From: a virus
Lineage: Duplodnaviria; Caudoviricetes
IMG/VR virus record: IMGVR_UViG_3300033489_000034
Location: 1-36,346 of that record
Length of the DNA stretch: 36,346 bases
Strand: one strand, 5' to 3'
The position numbers were made by a program, and so were the translations under genes. The number at the start of each line of letters is the position of its first letter. The first letter of the stretch is position 1. This document shows, in pieces, positions 26,926-35,516 of this stretch. The notes beneath the pieces are model-generated. The model was not told the origin of the DNA and ran no database searches. It saw only the letters and a program-made list of their open reading frames with translations.

Positions 26926-27365
26926 AGGACGGCCCCCCATACGATCTGGACGAGCCATACGAGCCCACCTACCACAAGGGCCGCCACGAGGGTGAAGACG
27001 CTCATCAGCGCGACGACGCCGAGGATGCTGAATGCGCGGGCTGGGGCGTTCATCGTCCGCCACGAGGAGACGGGTCGAGAGGATATGGGTCGGCCTCCCT
27101 GGACGGCCTTCACTTGGTCGACCACCTGGTAGTAGACGCCGTCAACGGGCACCGGCTTGATCTCGACGTTGAGGGCGCCGACCGGCTCGGGAACCCTAGT
27201 GACCAGGTCGGCCGGGTTCATGCCTATGTCATCAGGGGGTCGGCGATGCTCAGTCACGTCGACTGACGTGCACTTCGGGATGGTGATGGTCCCGGTGTCC
27301 GCCCCGCGCCTGATGGTGATCGTCACCTCGGCGTACTCCTGCCGAGTGGGGTCTCCCTGGCTCAC
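26922..27365 (-). CDS. Hypothetical membrane protein
   Basis: GTGA-coupled; long hydrophobic C-terminus. Confidence 0.6.
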   Translation of the reverse strand: MSQGDPTRQEYAEVTITIRRGADTGTITIPKCTSVDVTEHRRPPDDIGMNPADLVTRVPEPVGALNVEIKPVPVDGVYYQVVDQVKAVQGGRPISSRPVSSWRTMNAPARAFSILGVVALMSVFTLVAALVVGGLVWLVQIVWGAVL

Positions 27366-27589
27366 AGGATGTCCCGCCAGTCGCGACGGCTGACGCGATA
27401 GTTCTGGTACAGGGCGCGCAACGCTTCGCTGCTCACGACCAATGCGGCCATGTGGACTGGCGGATCATTGCGGTGACGCCAGACGTAGACCCGGAGTTGG
27501 ATTCTCTCGAAGTCGATCGCCGGTCCTATCAGCGAGACGACAACGAAACCGACCATCGCGCCCCACGCGAGGGGCTCCCATGCACTCAC
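27362..27589 (-). CDS. Hypothetical membrane protein
   Basis: GTGA-coupled; N-terminal TM helix. Confidence 0.6.
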   Translation of the reverse strand: MSAWEPLAWGAMVGFVVVSLIGPAIDFERIQLRVYVWRHRNDPPVHMAALVVSSEALRALYQNYRVSRRDWRDIL

Positions 27590-28629
27590 GGTCGCAACTC
27601 CATCACTCGGTCAAGGAATGTGCGGTAGACGGGTAGGAGCGCGTCCCACGTCCACCTCGTGGCGATGTCCCGGGCGTCCTTGGCCCACTCCTGCACTAGC
27701 CCGGGATCGGCGTTGAGGCGACGGACGAGGGCCTCTAGCGCCTGCATGTCGGTCTGCCACAGGTCGATGCTGGTTTTGGCCTGGAAGGATCCGGCGAGGG
27801 TTGCGGGTACCAGCCACTCCGGGGGCAGCCACGACGTGTTCGGTTCGATCCGGGGCATGATGACGGGCATGCCGGCGGTGACGGCCTCCCTCGCTGGCAT
27901 GCAAAGCCCGCCGAACCTTCGGGGTAGGACCATCACATCCCCCACCCTGTACAGGTCGGCAGGCTCCGGCATATCCGCCACGAGAGTGACGTTCGATCCA
28001 CGGAGCGCCCGGGTGATGTCCTCAGTGGGCGACTGGCAGGTGACGACCCATTCGGCGTCCAGGTCGCGGCACCGGCCGGCGAGGTAGATGAAGTCGAGGG
28101 TGCCGTTCCGGTCGTACGCGGCCGGACGCCCCCCGATGTGCAAGAACGTGCGGGCTTCGGTCACCTGCCGTTGCAGGATCCCGGACGGGTCGACGGGGAC
28201 CGGCAACTCCCAGACGATCGGGAACGGACCCTGGTCCATCCGGTGAACGTTCCACGGGCTGGGGGCAGCGAACACTGTCGGCCGGGACAACCACGGGTCC
28301 CTGAAATAGTCCAAGAACTCGAAATTGTGCTGAAGGATCGAGCGGATCCCCCGCTTGCGTGCCTGGTCGAACAGGGCGTAGCTCCCGGGCGTCTCGCACG
28401 CGAGGACCACGTCCAGGCCGTCGAGGAACACGGCGATGTCCTGCACCGTCGGAGCGTCACGGACGGTCTGGGCGCCCGGGAACCACTCCGTATGCAGGGG
28501 GAGGCGCTTCCGGTGGGACAGGTCGATCAGGAGCGTCTTCGCCGGGCGCAGGTGGTCGTGTATCGCCTTGGTCTGATACCCCAACCCCGTGGCGGTGCCG
28601 TAGGCGACGAGGCCGAGACGTGGGGTCAC
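27586..28629 (-). CDS. GT-B glycosyltransferase (GT4-like)
   Basis: TGLGYQ, FAAPS, DRNGT, LYRVGDVMVLPRRFGGLCMPAREAVTAGMPVI. Confidence 0.88.
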   Translation of the reverse strand: MTPRLGLVAYGTATGLGYQTKAIHDHLRPAKTLLIDLSHRKRLPLHTEWFPGAQTVRDAPTVQDIAVFLDGLDVVLACETPGSYALFDQARKRGIRSILQHNFEFLDYFRDPWLSRPTVFAAPSPWNVHRMDQGPFPIVWELPVPVDPSGILQRQVTEARTFLHIGGRPAAYDRNGTLDFIYLAGRCRDLDAEWVVTCQSPTEDITRALRGSNVTLVADMPEPADLYRVGDVMVLPRRFGGLCMPAREAVTAGMPVIMPRIEPNTSWLPPEWLVPATLAGSFQAKTSIDLWQTDMQALEALVRRLNADPGLVQEWAKDARDIATRWTWDALLPVYRTFLDRVMELRP

Positions 28630-30275
28630 TCGTCTACCCACTTGCTGTCATCGCCGCGCCCGTCGAGATGCCAGGAGTACTTGATCCCATGCTCCCCGTT
28701 GGGCTCCGTCAGGATCCACAGGTGATGGGCGCCCGGATCCGACTGTGCGACCGAATGCATCCGGTCCTCGACCATCCACTTCTCGTCAGAGCCGAAGTTG
28801 TCGCGGAGAATGTCCCGGTAGTAGGCGGTCCGGGCGACATGGGGTCGCTGCGACCACTGCCGGGTCGGCCTCATCCGGACTCCCGCGACGTCCTCGTCCG
28901 GGCCGTCCATCAGGTACTCGTGGACGGGCAGGACGCTGGCCTCATGGTGGAGACGGACCACGTCGGCCCGGTCCCCGCGGACAGCATTGGTGATGGCGGC
29001 CCACGGGATGTCGCCGCGGATCGGGCAGTCATGCTCCACGAACAGGATCGTGGGGGTGGTAACCACGTTGAGGGCGTGCCAGGTCATCCCCGACTGGTGC
29101 CGGTGCTCACCGTGAATGATCGGGAGGACGTTCGACCACTTCTCCCGGCACAACCTGACCAGCTCGTACAGGTACGCCTCGTAGGCGGGCCGGTAGTGCT
29201 CCTGTGCGGGCCGGATGCCGTCGCACATGACCAGGATCTCCGCCCGCGGCAACTGTGCCCGAACCGAGTCGATGGTCTCCTCGATCACCGCCGTGGAGGG
29301 ATGCGACGGGATCGGCGATGTCGGCATCAAGACGGTGATCTGGTCGTCCACGGATGGGTCCGGGATTGGCGCGCCGAGGTCCCGCAGGTCGGCCACGAGG
29401 TTGTGGGCCATGTCCCGCTGGTAGCGCTGCCACCACGCCGCAGCCCGGGACGCCGTCCCCGGCCAGGACAGCGCCTCACCCATCATCCACGGCAGGAACG
29501 ACTGCCAGTCCCGGACGACGAACAGTGCGGGAGGCGGGGTGCCGATAACCCGCTGCCAGTAGGTGGCCTGGCTGGTCCCGTCGGGAAGGTGCCCGTCCAG
29601 GACCGGGGTGGCCCCGAGCTCCATCGCCTCCCACGCCCGGAAGGAGTCGACACAGACCGGACCGGACGGGGCAGGGCACACCCGCGCCGATGCCATCAAC
29701 GCCATGTACTCGGCGGGTTCGACTCCCTGCGTGAAGCCTGCAGTCCGGGTCAGGTGCCCTGGCCTGCCAGTGTCGAGGATCGCCTGGACAGCGTCCGCGC
29801 ACTCGTGTCGGCGTGCGTGGGTGTCCTGGGCGAGGAGGGCGACGTCCCGGGTCCGGTCACCCCACGGGGTGTCGTAGGCGAGAGGGGCGGGTCCGTTGGC
29901 GAGGTACCGGGTGCCGGGCGGGTAGGTGCGGGTGGCGTCGGGGGTCTGCACCCATAGGCGCATGTTCGGGTGCTCGATGTGCCCGTACGGGAACGTGTGC
30001 TCCTCGTCGCCATTCAGGATGAGGAGCAGCCACGGGAGGGACGCGGTCACCTCGTTGATGCGGCGCAGGTCATCTAGGGACGTGTGGTGCCTCGCGGGGA
30101 GCACCACCACCGCGCCCTCGGCGTCGGGGACATCCGCGAGGGCGTCGTGGTGGACGAAGTCCGGCCAGCATGGGGCGCGGTGGCGGCCGGCAATCAGCCG
30201 CTCAATGATCGCCTGATCCAACACTCCCCGGTTGCACCCCTCCATGAGGGGCTCCCACACGACATGCACGCTCAC
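28626..30275 (-). CDS. Two-domain glycosyltransferase: exostosin/GT47-like plus GT-A
   Basis: YMALMASARVCPAPSG..DSFRAWEAMELGATPV, then ITVLMPTS..TIDSV..ILVMCDG..ILFVEHD; AAGGAGG RBS, GTG 30275. Confidence 0.8.
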   Translation of the reverse strand: MSVHVVWEPLMEGCNRGVLDQAIIERLIAGRHRAPCWPDFVHHDALADVPDAEGAVVVLPARHHTSLDDLRRINEVTASLPWLLLILNGDEEHTFPYGHIEHPNMRLWVQTPDATRTYPPGTRYLANGPAPLAYDTPWGDRTRDVALLAQDTHARRHECADAVQAILDTGRPGHLTRTAGFTQGVEPAEYMALMASARVCPAPSGPVCVDSFRAWEAMELGATPVLDGHLPDGTSQATYWQRVIGTPPPALFVVRDWQSFLPWMMGEALSWPGTASRAAAWWQRYQRDMAHNLVADLRDLGAPIPDPSVDDQITVLMPTSPIPSHPSTAVIEETIDSVRAQLPRAEILVMCDGIRPAQEHYRPAYEAYLYELVRLCREKWSNVLPIIHGEHRHQSGMTWHALNVVTTPTILFVEHDCPIRGDIPWAAITNAVRGDRADVVRLHHEASVLPVHEYLMDGPDEDVAGVRMRPTRQWSQRPHVARTAYYRDILRDNFGSDEKWMVEDRMHSVAQSDPGAHHLWILTEPNGEHGIKYSWHLDGRGDDSKWVDE

Positions 30276-30326
30276 GCCGCGGCCTCCTTGGTTGCGGTGA
30301 CCCACGTCCACCGGGGCATCAGCAGG

Positions 30327-30542
30327 TCATGCTGCACGCGCTGGACCGTCACTCCAATTAAACATTTCGATTCTCGACCCTGCGTCTGGATCGATCAGGT
30401 AGATCTGATCTCTGGCTCCGTCCAACCTCCAGACGCGGAGACGACCCGGGTCGATCAGGCCACTAGCCCAGACATTGCGTCTGTTCTGATATGGAGGGGG
30501 CTGGATGTTGAACGCACGAAAGGATGAACTAGCCACCGTCAC
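30327..30542 (-). CDS. Questionable 71-aa ORF in a low-GC insert
   Basis: GTGA-coupled to the methyltransferase, but codon usage is atypical. Confidence 0.3.
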   Translation of the reverse strand: MTVASSSFRAFNIQPPPYQNRRNVWASGLIDPGRLRVWRLDGARDQIYLIDPDAGSRIEMFNWSDGPARAA

Positions 30543-31306
30543 CGCTCACCAGCCTTCGCGAAATGCCAATGTTGCTCATGGTCTGTAGACAGGTGTGTCC
30601 CCACGTAGCCGTGCCCCGCCATGAACTCGTGCACGGCGTCCGGGGTGGCCCCATAGTCGCGGGCCATCAGGTCCGGGTGGATGGACACCCACACGTGGGG
30701 GCGGTGCTCCGTCAGGGTCCGGGCCGCTCCCTGGAGGACGAGGAGCTCCGCGCCTTCCACGTCGATCGTGATCGCGTCGGGGGCGCCAGCGAATGCGGCG
30801 AGGTCGTCAAGGGTGGTGGCTGGGATGTCGGCGGGGTTGTCATGGAGGTACGTGTATGCCGTCTTCCCGATCATGGGGCCGTCGGTGGCGTCCGGCCATC
30901 CGTTCGAGGTGAGGTGCCCGGCCGGGATGCGGCCCGTCGCTGCGCCGACGAGGCCGTGGAAGGTGGTGGACGGGAGCGCTAATCCGTTCCGTTCCCATGT
31001 GGCCTTGATGCTCGGCCACATGGGAGTGCTCGGCTCGATGAGGACCATGTTCCCGGCGCCGACCATGGATGCGTAGACGACGCTGAGCCACGCGAACTCG
31101 GTACCAACGTCGTACAGGCAGTCCCCGGGTTTCAGGACGGACGCCATGTGCTCGGTGCGGGCGCGCTCCCAGTAGTCCCAGACATCCCAGTCCGCGAGGG
31201 GCGTTGGGAGTTCCAGGTGATAGCGCCATTCGTGCTGCTCGAACGGCCCGACATCCGATGTCTTGAGATATCCGACGCGCTTCCACTCCGTCAAGACGTC
31301 CTCCAC
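30539..31306 (-). CDS. FkbM-family SAM-dependent methyltransferase
   Basis: LYDVGT...W, LIEPS, TTLDD, ITIDVEGAELLVLQGA..L...RP. Confidence 0.9.
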   Translation of the reverse strand: MEDVLTEWKRVGYLKTSDVGPFEQHEWRYHLELPTPLADWDVWDYWERARTEHMASVLKPGDCLYDVGTEFAWLSVVYASMVGAGNMVLIEPSTPMWPSIKATWERNGLALPSTTFHGLVGAATGRIPAGHLTSNGWPDATDGPMIGKTAYTYLHDNPADIPATTLDDLAAFAGAPDAITIDVEGAELLVLQGAARTLTEHRPHVWVSIHPDLMARDYGATPDAVHEFMAGHGYVGTHLSTDHEQHWHFAKAGER

Positions 31307-31530
31307 GATGGATTGAATTCCGGGTGGCCTGCATCCCGCAAGGAGAGCAGCTTCAGCACCTCAGTCATCGCTGGCTGGAAATCCGCGTATTCCCCGTACG
31401 ACTCGCACAGGTTGATGATCCTCCGCCGGATGACGATGTCGGCCGTCAGCCGCGGGTCAGGATCAGACTCCGCGGCTTCGCGGTCGTCTTCGCGCGCCCG
31501 CAGGAATGCAATCAGGGCGTCATCGTTCAC
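31291..31530 (-). CDS. DUF6221-like small protein
   Basis: LIAFLRAR..AD...RRRII..VLKLL....AGHPEFNPSW. Confidence 0.7.
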   Translation of the reverse strand: MNDDALIAFLRAREDDREAAESDPDPRLTADIVIRRRIINLCESYGEYADFQPAMTEVLKLLSLRDAGHPEFNPSWRTS

Positions 31531-32486
31531 GGCAGCGCCCCTTCCTCACGCAGAACGTCGAGCATCCTGGACAGGCGATGCGTGTACGTGTGGTGCGCCT
31601 TGACGTGCTCGTGACCGTCGCGGCGGACCAACTCCCTCTCCTCATCGTGGGTGAGGTAGTAGTCGATCTGGTCTCGCAGCCCAGCGAAGTCCCCGAAGGT
31701 GTAGAGCGCGGTGTTGACGCCGTCCTGGAACCCGTCGTCAAGGCCGCCAATCCGCGGGTGGACCATGAACCCACCACGGCCAGGAGTCTCGTAGCGCCGG
31801 TCGGAGCAATACCCCTCGTGCGTGAACCCCGGGACCAGGGAGTCGCCGACAATGACCTTCGCTGAGGCGTACAACCGGTTCAACCCGTAGCCGCGGATGG
31901 CCTGCCCGCGGCCCCCGTAGTGGCGGAACCGCGGCCCGTACGTGGCGCCAAGCCAGCGAAGCAACTCACCCCGGTACCCCCACTCGCTGTGATAGCCAGG
32001 CCCCGACCCGACGAAGATGACGTCACGGGTCGGGTGGACACCATCAGCGATGTAGCACTCATCGGCAACGACACCGGGGAGGATGTGCCGGTGGTTGATG
32101 CCTCGCCGTGTGAACTCGGCCTCTGAGCGCGGGTCACCATCCGGTGTGAACACGAAATCCGTGTTCCAGAAGGGGTCCGTCCCGATGCCGCCATTGCGTT
32201 GCAACGGGACGTACAGATCCAAGTGGTAGGAGACGCTCGGAATTCCCAGCGCACGCAGCCATGACAGGTGATCCCCAGTGACGGTCCGGCCCCACGTCCT
32301 GGTGAACAGGAACATGTCGGGGCGGTCCATCCGCTGCAACCCCTGCGTCAACCCGGCCGGGGTGAGGTCGTCCTCCTGCAACCGGACGACGGTGTGACCC
32401 ATCTGCGTCAGAGTCCGCGCCAGATGCGTCTCAGTACTGTGCGACGGCTTGCAGTTCCCCACGTACGCGACACGGAACCCGCTCAC
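31527..32486 (-). CDS. GT-B glycosyltransferase (CgeB/Glyco_trans_1_2-like)
   Basis: DVIFVGS, LNRLYASAKV, SDRRYE..GRGGF, IDYYL.H..ERE...GHEHV...HTYTHR; GTGA-coupled start at 32486. Confidence 0.88.
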   Translation of the reverse strand: MSGFRVAYVGNCKPSHSTETHLARTLTQMGHTVVRLQEDDLTPAGLTQGLQRMDRPDMFLFTRTWGRTVTGDHLSWLRALGIPSVSYHLDLYVPLQRNGGIGTDPFWNTDFVFTPDGDPRSEAEFTRRGINHRHILPGVVADECYIADGVHPTRDVIFVGSGPGYHSEWGYRGELLRWLGATYGPRFRHYGGRGQAIRGYGLNRLYASAKVIVGDSLVPGFTHEGYCSDRRYETPGRGGFMVHPRIGGLDDGFQDGVNTALYTFGDFAGLRDQIDYYLTHDEERELVRRDGHEHVKAHHTYTHRLSRMLDVLREEGALP

Positions 32487-32806
32487 GAGACACCCCCGAC
32501 GAGGTGGGGTGAGAATCCGCGCGGCTGGTTGAAGCCCCGACATGTCCCGTGGTGGCGGCATCTCCCGCCGTTCGGGTGGTCGATCCGTTTACATTCGCAC
32601 GTCTTGCACGTGGACGGCGGGGGCGGGGGGATCTGACCGGACGCCGGGCAGCGGTTGTCCCGGGCACCGCCTACCCACCCGTGGACACGGAACTTGCCCA
32701 ACTTGGTGAGCGCGACGTGGATACCGCACTCCGGACAACGCGCCTGCCCGTGGCTGCGGACGCCAGTAATCGGCGCAACCGATTCGGGCGTGATGGGTGG
32801 CGGCAC
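32483..32806 (-). CDS. Small Cys/His-rich (zinc-binding) protein
   Basis: CPECG..FRVHG..CPASG and CKTCEC..H..C..C..F; probable leaderless GTG 32806 (ATG 32815 also possible). Confidence 0.65.
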   Translation of the reverse strand: MPPPITPESVAPITGVRSHGQARCPECGIHVALTKLGKFRVHGWVGGARDNRCPASGQIPPPPPSTCKTCECKRIDHPNGGRCRHHGTCRGFNQPRGFSPHLVGGVS

Positions 32807-32813
32807 GGGGAGC

Positions 32814-32822
32814 ATTCTAGCA
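32814..32822 (-). promoter_or_regulatory. Extended -10 promoter of the glycosyltransferase operon
   Basis: TGcTAGAAT followed 7 nt later by an in-frame GTG. Confidence 0.55.
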
Positions 32823-32863
32823 GGTCATGGCGCCATATCACGTGACCGTACCGGGCCGATCCG

Positions 32864-33472
32864 CTACGCCGAACGGCTCGACTCGGCCTGTCCCGTGCCG
32901 GACCTAGCCCACTCCGCCCACATGGGCTCCGCCTCCACCAGCCCGGCACCCGACCCGGTAGCGGCGAACGCCCCGTCATCCAGGCGAGTCGCCAGCCCTA
33001 CAGAGATCAGGTATGCGAGGGTCATCCGGTCAACGTTCCCGGTCAGAGGCGGGAGGAGGTCACACCTCTTGAACTTCCCCGGATCAGGATCAGGCTTCGG
33101 AATTTCGCGGACCTTCCCGTCATGGATGCTGACGAGGGCTACCCACCGGAGACCGGTCATGCGGGGGCCAGGCAGGCGGCGTCGGCGGGTACCGGACGCA
33201 TACCACGCCTCGACGTCCCCCCACCGGTAGATGGCCTCATGTGAGGGCGGGGTGCGGCGGATGGGCCGCGGGAAACGCTCCATGTATGTGAGCATGCGTT
33301 TCGAGGGCCAATGGCTGACGGTGACTTCTGCGTAACCGAGCCGTGTGGCAATGGATGCGATCGTGACTTCGTCGCTGTCGGCCCATTCAGGGTGCTGGGA
33401 CCGTAGCCAGGACGCCAACGCGTCCTGGCGCATCAGCATCCCGTCCACGGTCTCCCCTCCATCGCTGCTCAC
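32864..33472 (-). CDS. AlpA/Xis-like HTH DNA-binding protein
   Basis: VTIASIATRLG...TVSHW..FPRP..YRWGDVEAW; start at 33472 (leaderless) or 33448 (RBS). Confidence 0.65.
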   Translation of the reverse strand: MSSDGGETVDGMLMRQDALASWLRSQHPEWADSDEVTIASIATRLGYAEVTVSHWPSKRMLTYMERFPRPIRRTPPSHEAIYRWGDVEAWYASGTRRRRLPGPRMTGLRWVALVSIHDGKVREIPKPDPDPGKFKRCDLLPPLTGNVDRMTLAYLISVGLATRLDDGAFAATGSGAGLVEAEPMWAEWARSGTGQAESSRSA

Positions 33473-33479
33473 GTCTTGC

Positions 33480-33509
33480 ATTCTACACTCCGGACGCCTT
33501 TCGGGTCTA
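33480..33509 (-). promoter_or_regulatory. Putative promoter
   Basis: TAGACC-18-TAGAAT, then GTG after 7 nt. Confidence 0.5.
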
Positions 33510-33989
33510 CCGCAGTGCGCCGATGACCAGCGGGGACACGTCCACCCACGCCAGCCACACCGCCGCAGACGCGAGGACGGGCGTAGCCGCACGCTCGATC
33601 CGGCCACCCGTCTTCAACCCGAGACCAACCCGACGCCACCCCCCGCGTTTCGGCCACACCGGGATCTCGCCGAACACGGCGTCAGCCAGCACGTGCGACG
33701 CCCACGCCACCGCGACCGCGAGCACCGCCCACCCGTATATCCCGGCGTGAGTTGACCCCCACCACGCCAGGATCGGGAGAGGCCACCAATGGGTGATGCC
33801 CCGGTGCCCGCCCGGGATGAGTTTCGCGGGGATGCCCCGCTGGTCCACGTCCGGGCTCAACTTGCCGTCCCCGCACGCACCCGCGACCACCACGCCGGCA
33901 GCGAGCTGACGCCAGTCGTGGACACCCAGGAGCGGGGCCGCGCCGAGCCACGCAGCGCACGCGGCTGCACGATGCCCACCGCCCATCAC
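33507..33989 (-). CDS. YdjM-like membrane metal-dependent hydrolase
   Basis: GGGH, SPDVD, GHRGITHW and SHVLAD motifs with TM helices. Confidence 0.85.
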   Translation of the reverse strand: MMGGGHRAAACAAWLGAAPLLGVHDWRQLAAGVVVAGACGDGKLSPDVDQRGIPAKLIPGGHRGITHWWPLPILAWWGSTHAGIYGWAVLAVAVAWASHVLADAVFGEIPVWPKRGGWRRVGLGLKTGGRIERAATPVLASAAVWLAWVDVSPLVIGALR

Positions 33990-34369
33990 GGGGCGGTCAC
34001 CCCACGAAGCGCATCCACGAGAACGCGGGCCGCCACGGCACGGGCGACAGGGTCGCGGAGGATACGGGTCGACTGCTCGACATCCGCATAACGGAGAGCC
34101 GCGACTGCCACAGGGTTCGCGGCGGCCAGTGCGCGGACAGCCTCGTCAGCGAGAGCATCCAACTCCTTGCCCCCGGCCGCGAGACCCAACAGCCACGATG
34201 ACCGCTCGGCGAGCTCGTACCCGTTCGGGTATGGGGGTCGACCGTAGGGGATGTCATCGGTGGTCAGCCCCTCGAACGCCGAGCAGCGCCCCTCCTCGCG
34301 GGCACGGTCGAGGCGCAGTTGCCGGTAATCCACCTTCGGCGCCCTAACGGTAGACGTCCGTCGCCTCAT
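33986..34369 (-). CDS. Hypothetical protein
   Basis: ATGA/GTGA-coupled at both ends. Confidence 0.6.
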   Translation of the reverse strand: MRRRTSTVRAPKVDYRQLRLDRAREEGRCSAFEGLTTDDIPYGRPPYPNGYELAERSSWLLGLAAGGKELDALADEAVRALAAANPVAVAALRYADVEQSTRILRDPVARAVAARVLVDALRGVTAP

Positions 34370-35292
34370 GACGTCACCATCGCGGGGTACTCATCCCAAG
34401 TCCTGCCATCCAAGAGGCGACCATTCGCCTTCGGGGTCCGCCCACCCCACTGCTTGAACAGGAACGGAACACCAGCACTGACGCACTGATCCCGGACGGA
34501 ACGCGCCCACACCGGATCCATCGGCCGTGCCCCGGGACCTGACTCCCCACCAAGCACAACCCAGTCGACGCCTAGCGTCGAGCAGACCGCGGCCTCCGCC
34601 TGGTACTCGTTGAGGTAGCCGGGATTCAGCCGAGCCTCCCTCTCTGCGACGCCTATGGGCTTCCGGCAACCACAGGCGCAGAACATTGGAAGCCGAATCG
34701 AACTGAGCATCGGCTCAACACTGACCCATCGGACAGCAAGCGGGGTATTGAGCAGGATCGGGATCCGCTGGTCGGCGCGCGGCTGGTCCTCAGCAGTGAC
34801 GCCGCCCCAGACGTTGGGCAGCGGCCACGCCTTCCGCTCGAACATCAGGTAGTCCAGCCAGTGGTCGCCGTCCTCCATCCGGCCCGCAGCCCGGCGGGCC
34901 ACCTTCTCCCGGAAATCCGACGCGGAGAGCAGCGCGCGCATCCTGGCCGGACGCTTGGTGAGCACCTGGTACGTGTGCCGCGGAGTGGCGGCCATGACGG
35001 ACCAGACGTCGATGATGTGGTCGTCCGGGACGTCACTGTGGAACAGGTCGGCGAGGCTGCACACGAAGATGCGGCGCGGCTTCCGCCACCGGAAGGGCTG
35101 GCCGAGCCGGTCCGGGTGTAACTGGACTCCGGTGGTGCCGCCGATCCCGGGCTTGTCGAACTTCCGGTGTGCCATCCGGAACGGCGGGGTCCGCTCGATG
35201 TAACAGTTCAGGCACCCGTTGCTGATCTTCGTGCAGCCGGTGACCGGGGACCAGGTTGCATCCGTCCATTCGATGCTGCTTCCGTCGCTCAA
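34366..35292 (-). CDS. Phage Gp37/Gp68 (DUF5131) three-Cys protein
   Basis: IEWTDATW..GCTKIS.GC.NCY, SLADLFH, QVLTKR, WV..GGESG, FLFKQWG; TTG 35292 with AGGAG RBS. Confidence 0.93.
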   Translation of the reverse strand: MSDGSSIEWTDATWSPVTGCTKISNGCLNCYIERTPPFRMAHRKFDKPGIGGTTGVQLHPDRLGQPFRWRKPRRIFVCSLADLFHSDVPDDHIIDVWSVMAATPRHTYQVLTKRPARMRALLSASDFREKVARRAAGRMEDGDHWLDYLMFERKAWPLPNVWGGVTAEDQPRADQRIPILLNTPLAVRWVSVEPMLSSIRLPMFCACGCRKPIGVAEREARLNPGYLNEYQAEAAVCSTLGVDWVVLGGESGPGARPMDPVWARSVRDQCVSAGVPFLFKQWGGRTPKANGRLLDGRTWDEYPAMVTS

Positions 35293-35516
35293 GAGACGTC
35301 TCCTCTCGGTGCGGGGGCCGCTGCGGGTGGTGGTGACGAGTTCAGGCGGGCCAGTTCCATCCACCCGGCGAGAGCGGCCTCAACATCAGCGACGGATGCG
35401 CCTTGCGCCCACACCCGGCCATTGACGACCTGGACCGGTGGGGTGGGGTTGGTGAGGGCACGCCCGGCAGGGTGCGTACCGTACCGGCGGCGCCGCGGAA
35501 ACGGGATCACCGTCAC
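35289..35516 (-). CDS. Hypothetical protein
   Basis: 75 aa, coupled at both ends. Confidence 0.55.
   Translation of the reverse strand: MTVIPFPRRRRYGTHPAGRALTNPTPPVQVVNGRVWAQGASVADVEAALAGWMELARLNSSPPPAAAPAPRGDVS

Noticed and set aside
30353-30534. Hammerhead ribozyme or MITE
   Set aside because: Has CUGAUCGA rather than CUGANGA, with no correctly placed GAAA; no terminal inverted repeats.
27586-32486. Gtr-type serotype conversion or DNA base glycosylation as the main role of the GTs
   Set aside because: No flippase or polytopic transferase and no hydroxymethylase/TET-like gene in the window. Less favoured, but not excluded since the rest of the genome is unseen.
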